Source: Tubiluchus corallicola (Eukaryota; Animalia; Priapulida). From it: a DNA stretch of 64,000 nt. Shown here one piece after another: positions 51,841 through 64,000 of the stretch. The notes under the pieces are model-generated. The model saw only the letters and a program-made list of their open reading frames with translations. It made no database searches and was not told the DNA's origin. The stretch lies in contig JAQGDQ010000309.1 of the NCBI GenBank assembly GCA_030141605.1, positions 186,001 to 250,000 on the forward strand. Direction: 5' to 3'. Within the stretch, counting starts at the first letter, position 1. Each line of letters begins with the position of its first letter. A program made the position numbers and the translations under genes.

Positions 51841-52825
51841 TCGTGAAAGAATCTGCAACGTGTGGTTGTCATTTTAAAAGTGACTGACCTGCTAATCTTT
51901 GAGGACAAAACCAAGTTATTAAGCATGCCGCGTTCGTTTTACTGTTATCACTTAAATTCAAAAAATACAACAACGAAATTTGCAAAAAAGTCATAAAATT
52001 AATTTATCCTGCCGCTGTATAGAAAAATGTTCAGGCTCTGTGATTGCTGCCATTCACTTGAAAATTATGACGTAACTGGTGGACATCCTGACTTTTCGTA
52101 AACATGTCGTGATTTTCCGAAAATGTACACTACTTAAAATAATACAAACTGCTACAGCTTACCTAACGTGCATGCAAAATTAGCTATGCATTTTTGGAAA
52201 AACTTACCATATTTTTGACAGTCTGTTCTTCTCCAGTCAGCAAATGACGTCACTGCTCAAAGACTGCGCGTTCAAAGTGATCGTGACTTTAAAGTAGTTT
52301 TACTAAATCCTTCTAACGTTTTTCGTGAACATTGAACTGGACCTAACTTCCTAGAAGGCTTGACTTTTCCTATAAAAATATACACTTAAGAATGATCCTA
52401 TAGTATTTTGATGAAGATGAAAAATAGTAATTTTAAAGCACTAGTAGTAACAGATAAGAACTACTAGGGATAATTTCAAATCCTGAAATTTAGGATACAT
52501 GAGAGATTGGTAGATGCACGTATTATGGAAATTGTAAAGTACTCTACGTGTATTTACATTATTTCATATACAATTTAAAAATTACTATTGAGTGTTTGAA
52601 AATAAATTGACGTTAGGCTGAAAAGCCAAAATGGATAGATTTTAACCTACAAAAAGGGAGCAGGGGCACCATGTAGCTTCGTGCTTTTTACACTGTACTG
52701 TACGAGACATCTGTGCATTTGTACAATTGATTTAGATTGCCTAAAATAGGACAGTCTAACAAAAATAAAAAACTCAGGTCTAAAGTCAAAACACGCTACA
52801 AATATTGTTTCAAACTCTTATTTAG

Positions 52826-52996
52826 GTACGAGACAACCTTCAAGGAGTGAAGCCTTGGGAAGGAGACAGGCCAGACGGTGCAGATCCAGAGCTATGTCCT
52901 GCAGCTACACCATGCCCTGATTCCGGATTGAAAACAGCAATCAGCTTCGGGCAATGTTTAGCTGTTCTGCTGTTAGCTCACTTACTATTTCGTTAA
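52826..52996 (+). CDS. Membrane dipeptidase last exon with GPI-anchor-like signal
   Basis: TATTTAG|GTA CGA..., phase 0: VRDNLQGVKPWEGDRPDGADPELCPAATPCPDSGLKTAISFGQCLAVLLLAHLLFR*; small residues then a hydrophobic tail, as in GPI-anchored DPEP1. Confidence 0.75.
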   Translation, partial: VRDNLQGVKPWEGDRPDGADPELCPAATPCPDSGLKTAISFGQCLAVLLLAHLLFR

Positions 52997-53929
52997 ATAG
53001 ATTTTTTTCACATAAAAAGTAGAATTGTTTTGGAAATTACAGTAGCTCCAAACCAGACTAATTGTTATGACAAATTGTAAACATCTGTTTATTTTAATTC
53101 GTGTACTGCACAATGTTTCGCCAAGCCACAAAAGTTTGGTATGATTAAGGGCAGTAAAAAAATTAAAATACGACAACCAATGCATTTTAGATAAAAAATA
53201 AATAAAACTGTTTTTAGTTTAGACGATCAAGATTTCTGGAAATAAGCTTATTGTATGATATTCTAATATGATACGTGTAGTGTTAAAAGTTTTTTAGAAA
53301 TATTATTACTGCCATCTTTAGTTAGTACGGTAGTTGGCTTCCGTCGCACGCCTCCGTCCTGCTGCGCTAATGTACGTAATACTGTGGCGACAATAAGCTA
53401 GCCACGTACTCTAGTCGAAATAATACATTTTATAACAATGTTTGACTGAACGGCAAAGGTTCTTTATGGCCGGATTATTTGATTGAACGACAATACTCGT
53501 TTACTGTGTTTGGTTAATGATGACTAGTCAAGAAAGAAAAAATTGTTTTCGATCTACATTCAAAAAAGTTTGACCCCGTGGTAAGATGAACGGCTGAGCT
53601 GTCCTCTTCTTGCGTCTGTTCAAGAAGACGACAGTATAGCAGAGTTGAAAAACTGAACTTTATATTATTGTAGTTCAGATACTATTTCGGTAAAGCAAAA
53701 ATTCTTCGCTTGAATATATAATTATGTTTTGAAATTAGCTCCAAAGCGGACCAACTATTATAAACATTTCTATCTACAGTATTTAAATTCATGTATAACG
53801 TTGTACTAAGAGTATGGTATCATCAAAGGTTGTAAAATTAGAATACCGTAACCATTTATCACGGCTTTGATAAAAAATAATTTTTTTAAAATTTATATAG
53901 TGCTTTCTTATAAAATCAAACTGAGTTCA

Positions 53930-55180
53930 TAGAATATATTGTTGGTGTTTATGTATGAATTAGTTTGTTCATATAGTAGTTTTTTTCAGAATTTTTCCAA
54001 AACAATCAACAACGGAAACAGGTTAGTAATTAGTAGGGTCAGTATTGATGTTTTTCTGAACGGCTTTTTCTTAGCTAGTTTCCAGATACTGGAGAATTTA
54101 TTGCGCGTAGTCATTTGGTTTGTAGTATAAGCAATAATAGGTGCTAATGTATTGGTGGTGTTCTTTAATGTCTTCATTAGTTCTTAATGTCTAGTTCAAT
54201 TAGGATTTTAATTTTTTCATATGTGGTAATGGTCGATAGCGAAAAACTTGTGTTAGTATGTAATTTCGTTTTTAATTTTGAAATCATGTTATTATAGTTA
54301 CTGTTCAGGTTAGATGACCAGCAAAAATTTCCCAATTATTAACGAAAGTAGCATTAAGGGCATTTGCAATATCTTCAGCTTTCTTTATAACTTTGTTATC
54401 TGATTCGTGGGTTTGCTTGCTTTTATACCTGTTAATATATATACATTATTGATTATTTGCCATTTGTCTTTAGAAGAAGTTGCATTATTACACAGTTACT
54501 CTCTCTATATATATATTTGTTTTTTTTTTCTAAAGAATTGTTGAGAGTGTTAAAAGCTGGTAGATTTGGTAGTTGTTCATAATTTATCTAGGTTTTGTTT
54601 TACTGTTCTTAGTGCATCTAATTCTGGAGCAATTAAGGACTTTTGGTATTTAGCTTACGTTCAGGTTTAGTAAACATTTTCGTACGTTTATTAGGGGTGA
54701 GCATTCTCTACCAGAAAGCGAAAGCGAATTCGAATCGAACCGAATTTGTGACATTCGAATCGAACCGAACTTCAGTGTTTCGAATTCGAATTGAGATTGA
54801 AAGGTTTTCAAACAAGTTTTCGAACCACCAGCAAAAATTAGTCTTACAAAGATCAAGCATATCACTAGATTTTGTTCTGCAATAAAAGTAATTTCTTTAA
54901 AATTGTGTGCAGAAATCACAGCTAAATTATGCTAATTGCATGATGTTTCAATCGTTTTAGTGATAAACAACATGTGTGATTGAAGTGCTGAATTATTCGA
55001 ATCTATAGTTTTGGATTCGAATCGAGTTCGAACTAAAAAAACTCGTTCGAATCGAATTCTAGCGTTCGATGCTCACCCCTAATGTTTATAGGGGGCGAGC
55101 ACATTAGGACAGTATTCAGTATAGTGACATTTGCTTACATATTTTGTCCACTTATTGTTGGCATTGGTTGGTTTTTCCCC
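53930..55180 (-). mobile_element. Old, decayed LINE (endonuclease-RT linker and RT start)
   Basis: Minus-strand fragments NANNKWTKYVSKC..., AEDIANALNATFVN and LKNTTNTLAPII...FSSIWKLAK resemble CR1/L2 ORF2; interrupted by the MITE at 54692-55081. Confidence 0.55.
54692..55081. mobile_element. hAT MITE
   Basis: TIRs TAGGGGTGAGCAT ... ATGCTCACCCCTA; TSD ACGTTTAT / ATGTTTAT (7 of 8 match); TTCGAATCGAA subterminal repeats. Confidence 0.88.
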
Positions 55181-56900
55181 ATTTTTCAAAACATGGTGTA
55201 ACATCTACAGAGACTTGTACTATTTTTTGGCTTGGTAGCAAAATACATAATTTAAAACATGTACAGACTTTATTCCACTCCACTATATGTGGAAAACAGT
55301 TTGGCGCAATTATGTCTTTAAATTCCATTTTTTGCAAAACTATTGCCATGGCTTTGCATAAGTATTGGGAAAACATATCTTTCAATTTTGTGACAACAGA
55401 CAATGAATGATTTTTGATGAAATAATCTACTGTAAAATCTTTGTGCAGTTGCACCTCAACAAAAAAATCAAACTCATCTGCAGAGCCAATCTTAACTCCA
55501 GAAGCTGAACTGCCAATAGGGATCGGTTTACATCTTATGTGATCACTTTTGTCAAAAATTCTGCTAACAGCATTTAACAATTGAGCTATTTTAGTTCTAA
55601 TGCAATCAAATTCATCCACATTTGAAATTGCTCCTAATCCTGGCATGAAAATCAAGTCCTCTAGAGGGAATCCATCAGCAATGTTTTCTGACGCAGCTTC
55701 ATCTGTCGTGCTTTCTTTCGCACAAAACTTTGAAGACTGTTCTTGCCACATTTGAAAGTAGCGATAAGTAAGAAAAAGACCTGCAATCTGTTTGTAATTT
55801 AAGTTGAATGCTTTTCGATAAGCTTGCTGGATGCACATTTCATAAGCCGTTTCATGAGAGTCATTTAACATTTCGGTCTGAACACCTGCATCAATGAAGT
55901 ATTTAACAATGTTTACACTGTCAGCTGACATGTGAGTATTGTGACAAGCCAGAAGAATTAAACTTCCTCCTGCAGTAACTTCGTTTACTACCTGCATCAC
56001 TACTTTGTCTGAATACCTCGCTAGCATATTTTCATATAATAGTTTAAGAACATCTTGTCTACCTTGTATACATATCATGGAAAGTGGTGTATAACCTTTA
56101 TTGTTGTTTGCCAGAATGTCAGAGCCTGCAAAAACCAAAAGAGCTGCTGAATGAATATGTCCTACCCACGCTGCCCAAAACAGAGCAGTGTTATCATCTT
56201 TGTCAGTGTGAAATACATTGGCACCTTTAAGAAGCAGAAAAACAATTGTTCCAAAATGCCCTCGACTTGCCTGCAACGTGTAGAGGTGGATAGCTATCAT
56301 CTGAAACGAAAGGGTAATCAATTTTGGCACCATATGTAATTAACACTTTCACTACTTCAATGTGGCCGTCAGCTGCTGCATATTGTATAGGTCGTACTTT
56401 GAAGTTTTTTTTTGGGATTCCATCAACTTCTGCACCATGAATCAACAGCATTTCACAAATTTCTGTAGTACCCTTTTTAGCTGCAAATGTTAGGGCAGAC
56501 CATCCATTGTTCCTAGTAAGACAGTAAACTTCCGCACCCCACACAGTGAGTTTTTGAGCAACAGAAGCATTTCCCAAAAAACACGCGGTTTCTCCTTCAT
56601 AATATTGAGCAAAGTCATCTGAATCTGATGTATTTCTAGTGATTGGTGAAACACTCTCTTTCCGCCCCCACTGTTGAGTAATTCGTCAACAAGCTGTTGA
56701 TACGCGTTGCAGCATGTAGCATCTCGTTGAGAAATTGTTCTATTTACATCAAAACAGCCAGTTAGGTTAGCAGTTAATAACGTCTCGAGTTCTGATTTTT
56801 GGTTGGTGACTGGTAAACTGCTAATTAGCTCGTGGATTTTTCCATAGGAACAATCAAAAACACTTTGCACTGCAGTCTGTTGGTCAGGTAGTACGAGCTA
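55152..56900 (-). pseudogene. Ankyrin-repeat + cGAS/Mab-21-like nucleotidyltransferase (cGLR-type), frameshifted and 3'-truncated
   Basis: Several ankyrin repeats (GWSALTFAAKKG, RPIQYAAADGHIEVVKVLITYGA, YPPLHVA-ASRGH, DNTALFWAAWVGH, GYTPLSMICIQG), then the NTase motif IGSSASGVKIGSADEFDF (~55467-55517) and third Asp VSVDVTP (~55195-55215). There is a +1 G at ~56270, further shifts near 56650-56670, and no Mab-21 C-terminal lobe. Confidence 0.8.
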
Positions 56901-58849
56901 GAGTAGTTGATTTGTGCTGTCAGTCGACCATCTTATACAGTACCTCCTTTCATTTTCAAACGCATAAACACGTACTACAAAGTTGAGAGTTTAGTGAATA
57001 ATAATCCATAAATGTGATAGTAAATATTTGTGTATGTTTCCGATTTTGATCTTTGGACAGACTGCTGTACTCTAATCACACAGCAAAGCGGTGACAAACA
57101 AATAAACATGCCCCGTTTTGTCCCGAAAATGAGTAAACAACTTGTTTAACTATAATTGTTATCAGACTGTACATAAGGATCATAGTGCACTGCGTAATTT
57201 TGCTATTTGTTTAGTTATAAACATGGACGGTTGATACGGTCTTTTAAGGTCACTTTAAATTCATTTGTTTATATATTTATGCATTTGTGGCTATTGGATA
57301 CTTTCAAGGGTTGATTAGGCAAACGTGCTAAAAATGATGTACTATGGAGCTTATAATAATTATGTACACGAGGAAAAGATACCCAGTCTTATGTAATAAT
57401 AGTTAGTAATTCATGTACTCAGTTCTAATGTTTGTTTCATTTATGTGTTAGGCAATGTTTTTATGTGATAATATTTCGTTATTTGCACGTGTATTTTGCT
57501 GTTAATAAAATATAATGAACTAGCATTCAAGCGACTAATAAGTATCATTATAATTATTATGAAAAAATTCCAGTTTATTTTGCACTTTATATAGTCTTAT
57601 AATAGCAGCTGCTTCGAATTATATTACTATAATGGCTTGGTGAGTAAGCACTTCAGACATGTTAAAAGCTGTGTAAGTTTAAGGGCCACCGTCAAAATGA
57701 CCTCCACGTACAAAGAGCCACAAGTCAAAGTACATTCAGTCAAGGACCAGCAAATAAAAATTACCAGACCACGCACGATTTGCTTTGTGTTAGGATAATG
57801 ATATTATTTACAGGAACTTAGGTAGAATGGCACAGGTAAAAATGGCACGTATGTTATTTTGATAATTTCTATGATAAAACTAGAAGGCGCTCACTAGGAA
57901 GCAGATCTCCGCCAAGATCGAAAAATTCTAAGTGTGTTCGTCTGCATATTTTGATAGAAAACAGAAAACAAGCAAACATACGAAAATATACCTGTAAAGG
58001 TATTATATGGACTATCAAAGGACTCACAGAACACGTTAAATAGAACTATAGTCAATAATGCACGAACATTCGACATAGTGTTTGTCTACATTTCGCATGA
58101 TGATAATAGACTGATGAATACACATACTTACATACTAAGCGAGCTTATAGAAAACGTGTTGCGCGCTTTTCAAGCGGGAATTCCTCGAACTACAACCTGG
58201 AATTAACTTGTAGTTTGGTGGACAATAAAAGGAACTAGCCTAAATTGTAGCCAAGTCCTTCTCTTTCCAAAGAGATAGACCGCTTCCACTGAGGCCTCCA
58301 CGAAGATCTTCACCATTTTCTGTACGTGATGTTCAGTCACGTTTTGTGAAGAAGGCGAGAAAAAACATCAAAATTCAACTTTCTTGTCCCCTACCCACCT
58401 TCGCTACAAAGGTCATGGAAATCTTTTAAGTGGTTTTTGCGTAACAGGCTTACTGCTATTAGTTTATAACAGACGAAAACAACCAGATAAACAAACAAAC
58501 AGCCAACGTTGAAGCGCAGCTTCCGTGATACAGGTATATTACTCTTAAAAGTGTCGAATTTTTTTGGATAAAAGAATCCAAGAGTTGATTCGGCCTTTCT
58601 GACCAAATAACCTATGTGTTTAAGACTATCTGCATGTGTACAAAAGCGTGGGTCTGTAATGAACTTGCTTTCCTTTCAATGGTGCAATTTAACTAAATCA
58701 GTAAAATTTTGAACGACAGTAATTGTGATAATAGTTTACACATTACAAATAAACAAACTGTAATTCAAGCAATCGGTACACCAAATCTATTCAAGACTGC
58801 ACTTTTTGTAATCAAATTAGTTAGTTAGCTAGATTAGATTTTTTTAGAT

Positions 58850-60160
58850 TTAATATTTTATTTCAAACTTCACAAAGTTCATATACACATCACAAATTAA
58901 TACAAATAATACAATAAATCATGACACACAACAATAACACAAATAACAATTAACGATAAAACAAACTACGCCAATGACATCTAATTACAGAAGTAAAGTT
59001 TGCATCACTGTTTAAAATGTTCTTGTATATAAAATTTTCACTGTTATTCAGCCTGACGTATAAACTGTATGCACATTTTCTGTGAATCACATCAAAATAA
59101 ATAATATTAAGTCTAGTAGAAATATATCTAGCGCTCGTATCATATGAAAAGTTAAACAGCTTCCGTGTTGATACATTATATGCAACCTTGAGTTTGCTAA
59201 GATTGTAAGAATAAAAATGTCTCCAAGTGGACATACAATAAAAAGTAGTGTAGTAAGCATTAAACAATTGTCTCTTCACGTTAACTGAATAGTGAGTAAA
59301 TTTCATGAGTAATTTATTTGCTCTACCATAGTAAATTGAACATTGTCCTGATATATCTAAATCATCTCTTTTGTCATCTGATAAAATATGACCCAGATAT
59401 TTTCCTTTTTACTAGGTAAAAAACTTTTACACTGCCAAACAACAGACACAAAAGTAAACTGCTGCATGTGGGCAGAGAGAAGTTTAGTCTTATTCACATT
59501 TCCAAGGATATCATATTCTTTAGCAAATTTATTAAAAATATCTAGCAGTCTCTACAAAGCCGTCGAGGTTGTTGCTAAAAGACATGTCATCAGCGTACAA
59601 CAAGTGATTAATGCAGGCTCCAGCAATATGACAACCCACATCTGAGTTAGTAAGTGCAGCACTAAGATTTTTAAAATAGAAGTTGAATAACAGTGGAGAC
59701 ACCTTGACGAATTCCATTGCTTACTGCAAAACAATCAGAGTTAAATTTGCCCGATCTAACCAACATACGTTGTTCCGTATAATAAAAAGCAAAAGTCTAA
59801 TTATTGCATTTGGTAGGTTAGTATTGATAAGGTTTAGGAACAGTTTGAGATAGTTTACTCTATCAAATGCTTTTGATGCGCCAATAGACAGACAGAATAT
59901 GTACAGTGCTTTGTCGACTAATGTAATAGTCACCTCTTTTAAGGTATGGATGCACATCTCTGTGCCTAAGTTTTCAATAAAACCAAACTGTAACGATTTA
60001 GAAGCAGTATTTCTATAACTTGCCTTCCTACAGATGAAAGAGCGATAGGCCTATAGTTGTTCTTGTCTGTAATATCCCCATTTTTGTCTTTAACGAGAGG
60101 TACTAGTACAGATAACATCAAAGACTGCGGCAAGTAACTGTGTGTTACACAGGACGTGAA
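58850..60160 (-). mobile_element. Decayed non-LTR retrotransposon RT (RTE-X/Proto2-like, clade uncertain)
   Basis: Frameshifted motifs NYRPIALS, QFGF, SKAFDRVNY, SPLLFNFY, GCHIAGACINHLLYADDM, YLG and LKVAYN. Confidence 0.8.
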
Positions 60161-63100
60161 TTAATTAGCAGTTAAGCTAGTTAATTAGTCAGTCAGTCAG
60201 TTCATTATTCCGATACAGTAATAGCTTACATTTCCTGTGAAATGGTATTAGACATTAGCATAACAATGGAATCAGTGACCTGCACATTTTAAAAATATCT
60301 AAAAAACTTACTTTTTAACTATTTTTACATGTTGTTGCAAAAAATTGCCCCACGTATTACACAATATTTGATTACATTTAGAGGAATGTTGAGTTGGATG
60401 CCAAAGCAAATTCATGTTAATTAAATATTTCCCAATATTGAACATAGATACTAAATATGAACTGGAAATTCTTAAACAAATTTCAACCATGTCCATATAC
60501 ATTTATACATCTCTTGACAAAGTCTTTCTCAACATATGCGTATGAAAATAAAAAATAACAATTTCTATAGAAAGAACCGTTTTGCCATATCTGCGAATTC
60601 GTCTGTCAGTCAATCAATCTGGCTTGGCATTCTTGGCGTTATTTCAGCGTGACATTCTTGGTGGCTTAGCATTCTTGGCAGCGTGGTATTTTTGGTTCAG
60701 AGCTTGATCAAGGACAGTGATGGTTAGCCTCATATAAAGGCTGTAAGTCCTTTGTGTGTGTTCCACATGCCATGTTAAAACATTAGAAGTTTTTCAACAT
60801 CTCGTGAGGTTGTTACACGGAACACCTACCCATTTATACGCCTCCACTCTATATCTTTGATATCTACGTCAAAGATGTCCCCGAATCGATGCAAGAATTG
60901 CCGGAAAAACAATGATCAAGGTTTGAAGATTCCGGGTATTGGTTATAACATGTTACTAGGAATTTCATTTTTAATCGTTAAATTATTGTAGTCATAAAAG
61001 TAAGGTATAAAAGTGAACTAATTGGTCGATTGAAAATTTTGTGGTCATAAAATGATTAGCCAGTTTGTATAATCTAGAAAGAGAAGTGGTCAAGAGATAG
61101 AATACAGTTATCAGAACCGCAGCTGTCACTAGCAAAAACTAAGTAATGCCGTGGTTCACCCACTAATTTTTTAAAGGCAAATCATATTAATAATAATAAA
61201 TAACACAAATAATATTGTAATTAAAACATTGTCGTGGAATGTATGTGGTATATGCTCGGCGTATGTATAAATTTGATTTATGTATTGCCATTGTTTTAAA
61301 TCAATTTGTAGAGAGTTTCCCCTAAGCTATAGTCAAATCAAAGCTTATGAATTACTACCACGAGATGGGCTACCACATAGATAGATTACCACCAGCATCG
61401 TGTAGTAGTGATATTTACGTGGGTTATGCATTGGATCTGTTTCTATAATATAATAAAGTTTATTCTGGCTACGCTACCCCTTAATTTTGAAAGCCTAAAT
61501 ATTTTGCCAGTGCCCCTTGGACAGTGCACTCGATTTTTGCGAACTAAATGCACTATTATTTATTACTAACAGTAAAGCTTTTTTCAAAGTGAAGCAGCCG
61601 CGTCGTACTACAATTTAATATTTTGTTGTTAAGTTACTTCTTAGTAACGAATTTAAGGGTGAAACTAGGTAATCTAAATTTTTTTCCAACTTAAAGCTTG
61701 CTAGTTAGTTATAAGCCTATGTAGTATTATTACTTTGGACTGATAGTGGTTCGTGAAATTATAAATTAAGAAACTCAAATGTAGAAATTCGTAGACATTT
61801 ATGTATGTGGAAATAACAATTTGGACTCCGTTTTTTTCTGACATGCATCAGAATTAAGATCATTTATTACGAATTTGAAGGTATCATGTTATAAATATAT
61901 TTAATGACTATTAAGAATCATTAAAGGAGGACTGGATGGCTAATGTCCACCTAGGCAGCAGCACACCATTGTAATGCCAACAGCTTCTTATCTTTTAGTT
62001 TAGATCTATTTTAAGGCACAGTGCTTATCAGTCTGCTGAGACTGTTTTCGTTATGCCTTAAATCAAATAACTACCGAAAAATAAAATTTATTTCGGACTG
62101 AACACCGTATTTTAAAGTTTTTATTGCTGATACGACATTTATGTGATAAGCTATGTTAGTTAACAGTGCTATTAAGAGGCGGTACTATGAGTTAGACTTT
62201 ACTGTGTTGAAAAATGAATTCTAAGGTAATGGTAGTCTAATTAAACCGTTATTAATTCTGAACAAGATGAAGCAAATTAACTTCAGACACACTGCATGCC
62301 AAAATTGCCAAGTACTAGAGCTATAACAAACAAGTGGAGCCTATAGTGTCACTGTGCTTAAAATTCATAGTTTACGATATGTGCATTTATTAGTACTAGT
62401 ACTGTACAGAAACTGTATTAATCAGCTTATTCATCCCAATTATTCATCCCAACATTTAAAATCTAGTCATTCCAATGAATTGCTGCCTTTAGAAGCAAAT
62501 TAATACTATATTGATTTACAATTGCTGTTTGACTAATCACTTCTAAAATCTATGTAGGAAAACTTAATGTCACAGTGTATAATTTAGAACACTGTTTGTA
62601 TTATGCTTTTAACAACAGGTCGCGCTAAAAAATTTGCATTTCTATATATAGTGAATAAAATTTTAAAACAGCATTATGTACGAGCTATTATGTTATTCTA
62701 GAAAAAAAGATTTTTCAACTAAAACAAAATCTCAAATATAATATTTAAGTTAGCAGCAAATTTCACTTATGCAAATTTGCAAAATAATTTGTGCTTTTGG
62801 ATTTGTCTTTTTTATGCTGAAACCACTTCCTGACAGATGATCAATTTTAATGCTCTCACTTACACAATTTACACATTGGTGTTGCCATCTAGTAAAAGCA
62901 TTTTTGGACTAATAGAAGCTAGTGCAAATAGCCTATCTTTAAAATGTGTCTGTTTGCAGATGGGTCAAATACATTAAAAAGTATTGTTAAGCATATATCT
63001 TTAACTGAAGATGTACTTTCTGTAATTTAAACGCTTTGTAAAAAACTAACTACATAAGTTTTTTCACGTAAATGATCTAAGCAACATACAGCTACGTTTA

Positions 63101-63256
63101 ATTTACTATCTTACAACATATATCAAGGCTGTTGAAGCGACCTTCTAATTGCGAAGGAATTTTTATTAACTAGTACTGTATCAATAAGCAAAATGTATAT
63201 AGAACATTGTCATTAGCTTAGTTATTTTAATACACAGGAATTTGGAGCATAAAGAA

Positions 63257-63347
63257 ATGGAAACTGAAGGCATGAATCACAGTACAGAACCACCAACATC
63301 AGCTGTGCGTAGTGAACCAAGTATGGCTGCTGCATCTGAGATGAATG
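63257..63347 (+). CDS. First coding exon of an unknown gene
   Basis: Acceptor ACACAG at 63237, ATG 63257, METEGMNHSTEPPTSAVRSEPSMAAASEMN, donor G|GTAACT phase 1. Confidence 0.5.
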
Positions 63348-63868
63348 GTAACTCTTTATTAACTGTTGTTATTTTGGAGTAACCTATCACCTAGCAGACA
63401 TGCTGGCCTAATGTTTATAGATTAATGTTTTAATTGTGCTTATGCTATAATTGACGTAGTTACCCCCCCCCCCATTTTACTTAACACTTTCTTTCAGAGA
63501 CGTTGAGCTTTTTATGAGGTTTTGAAGCTTGTCCTGTCTTACTAAACACCTTACTCAGAGTGCCGGGTGTGGCTGGTGTGGTTTGCTAATCACTTATCCA
63601 GCAGTGAACTCAAATTTTATTAACATGTTTATTAAGTTTTATTAAATTTACATTACAACCTGGAGATATGGCAAATCACAAGACTCGTGAAACAAAATCT
63701 GTAATGATTAGTATTATTTATTTAAAAAAGACAGAAGTACAAAAAAACAGGTCAGCAAATCACTACAAACATTAAATAAACAATAAATATCAATAATATA
63801 ATGATATTTTTGAAAGCAAAGCCATTGCTTAAAGTTGTTGTCAAGTGAAAATATGTCATTCTTTCCAG

Positions 63869-64000
63869 CAGGTGGTGCTCATGCTACTATTCCATCCACT
63901 AGTGCTTCCGATGTCCAAAAGTCTCCGCCGTCCATGATAAGAACAAAACCCGCAACCATTATAAGTCCTGCTGAAAAGCCAGCTGTCTACAGTCCTTTTG
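63869..64000 (+). CDS. Second coding exon of the same unknown gene (runs off window)
   Basis: NAGNAG acceptor TTCCAG|CAG|; phase-1 frame open to the window end: AGGAHATIPSTSASDVQKSPPSMIRTKPATIISPAEKPAVYSP. Confidence 0.5.

Noticed and set aside
54640-54690. MFTKPERKL as a continuation of the cGLR (SFSxxExxL motif)
   Set aside because: Needs a frameshift, hits a stop within a few codons, and the surrounding sequence fits a decayed LINE better.

Overview
AT-rich, intron-containing, repeat-dense DNA from a eukaryote, most likely an invertebrate animal (GT-AG introns, 5S-derived SINEs, LINEs, MITEs, solo LTRs, microsatellites); it is not prokaryotic and has no CRISPR array. Genes reconstructed by hand: (1) MS4A/CD20-like tetraspan protein (-, two coding exons, 273 aa); (2) intronless secreted cadherin-like protein (-, 332 aa); (3) a five-exon secreted protein of four tandem Cys-capped LRR modules (+, 16777-28154, 975 aa) with all coding introns in phase 1, plus a partial exon copy and a decayed LRRCT+TM exon on the opposite strand; (4) the last two exons of a GPI-anchored membrane dipeptidase (+) whose upstream exons I could not find; (5) a frameshifted, 3'-truncated ankyrin-repeat + cGAS/Mab-21-like nucleotidyltransferase gene (-); (6) the 5' end of an unknown gene running off the right edge. 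About 30.5-51 kb has no recognisable genes, only satellites, SINEs and a large inverted duplication. The best leads are the modular LRR locus, the ANK-cGLR fusion, a 5S-rRNA-headed SINE whose RTE partner LINE tail is in the same window, and twin independently inserted solo LTRs. All calls are by eye, without database searches.
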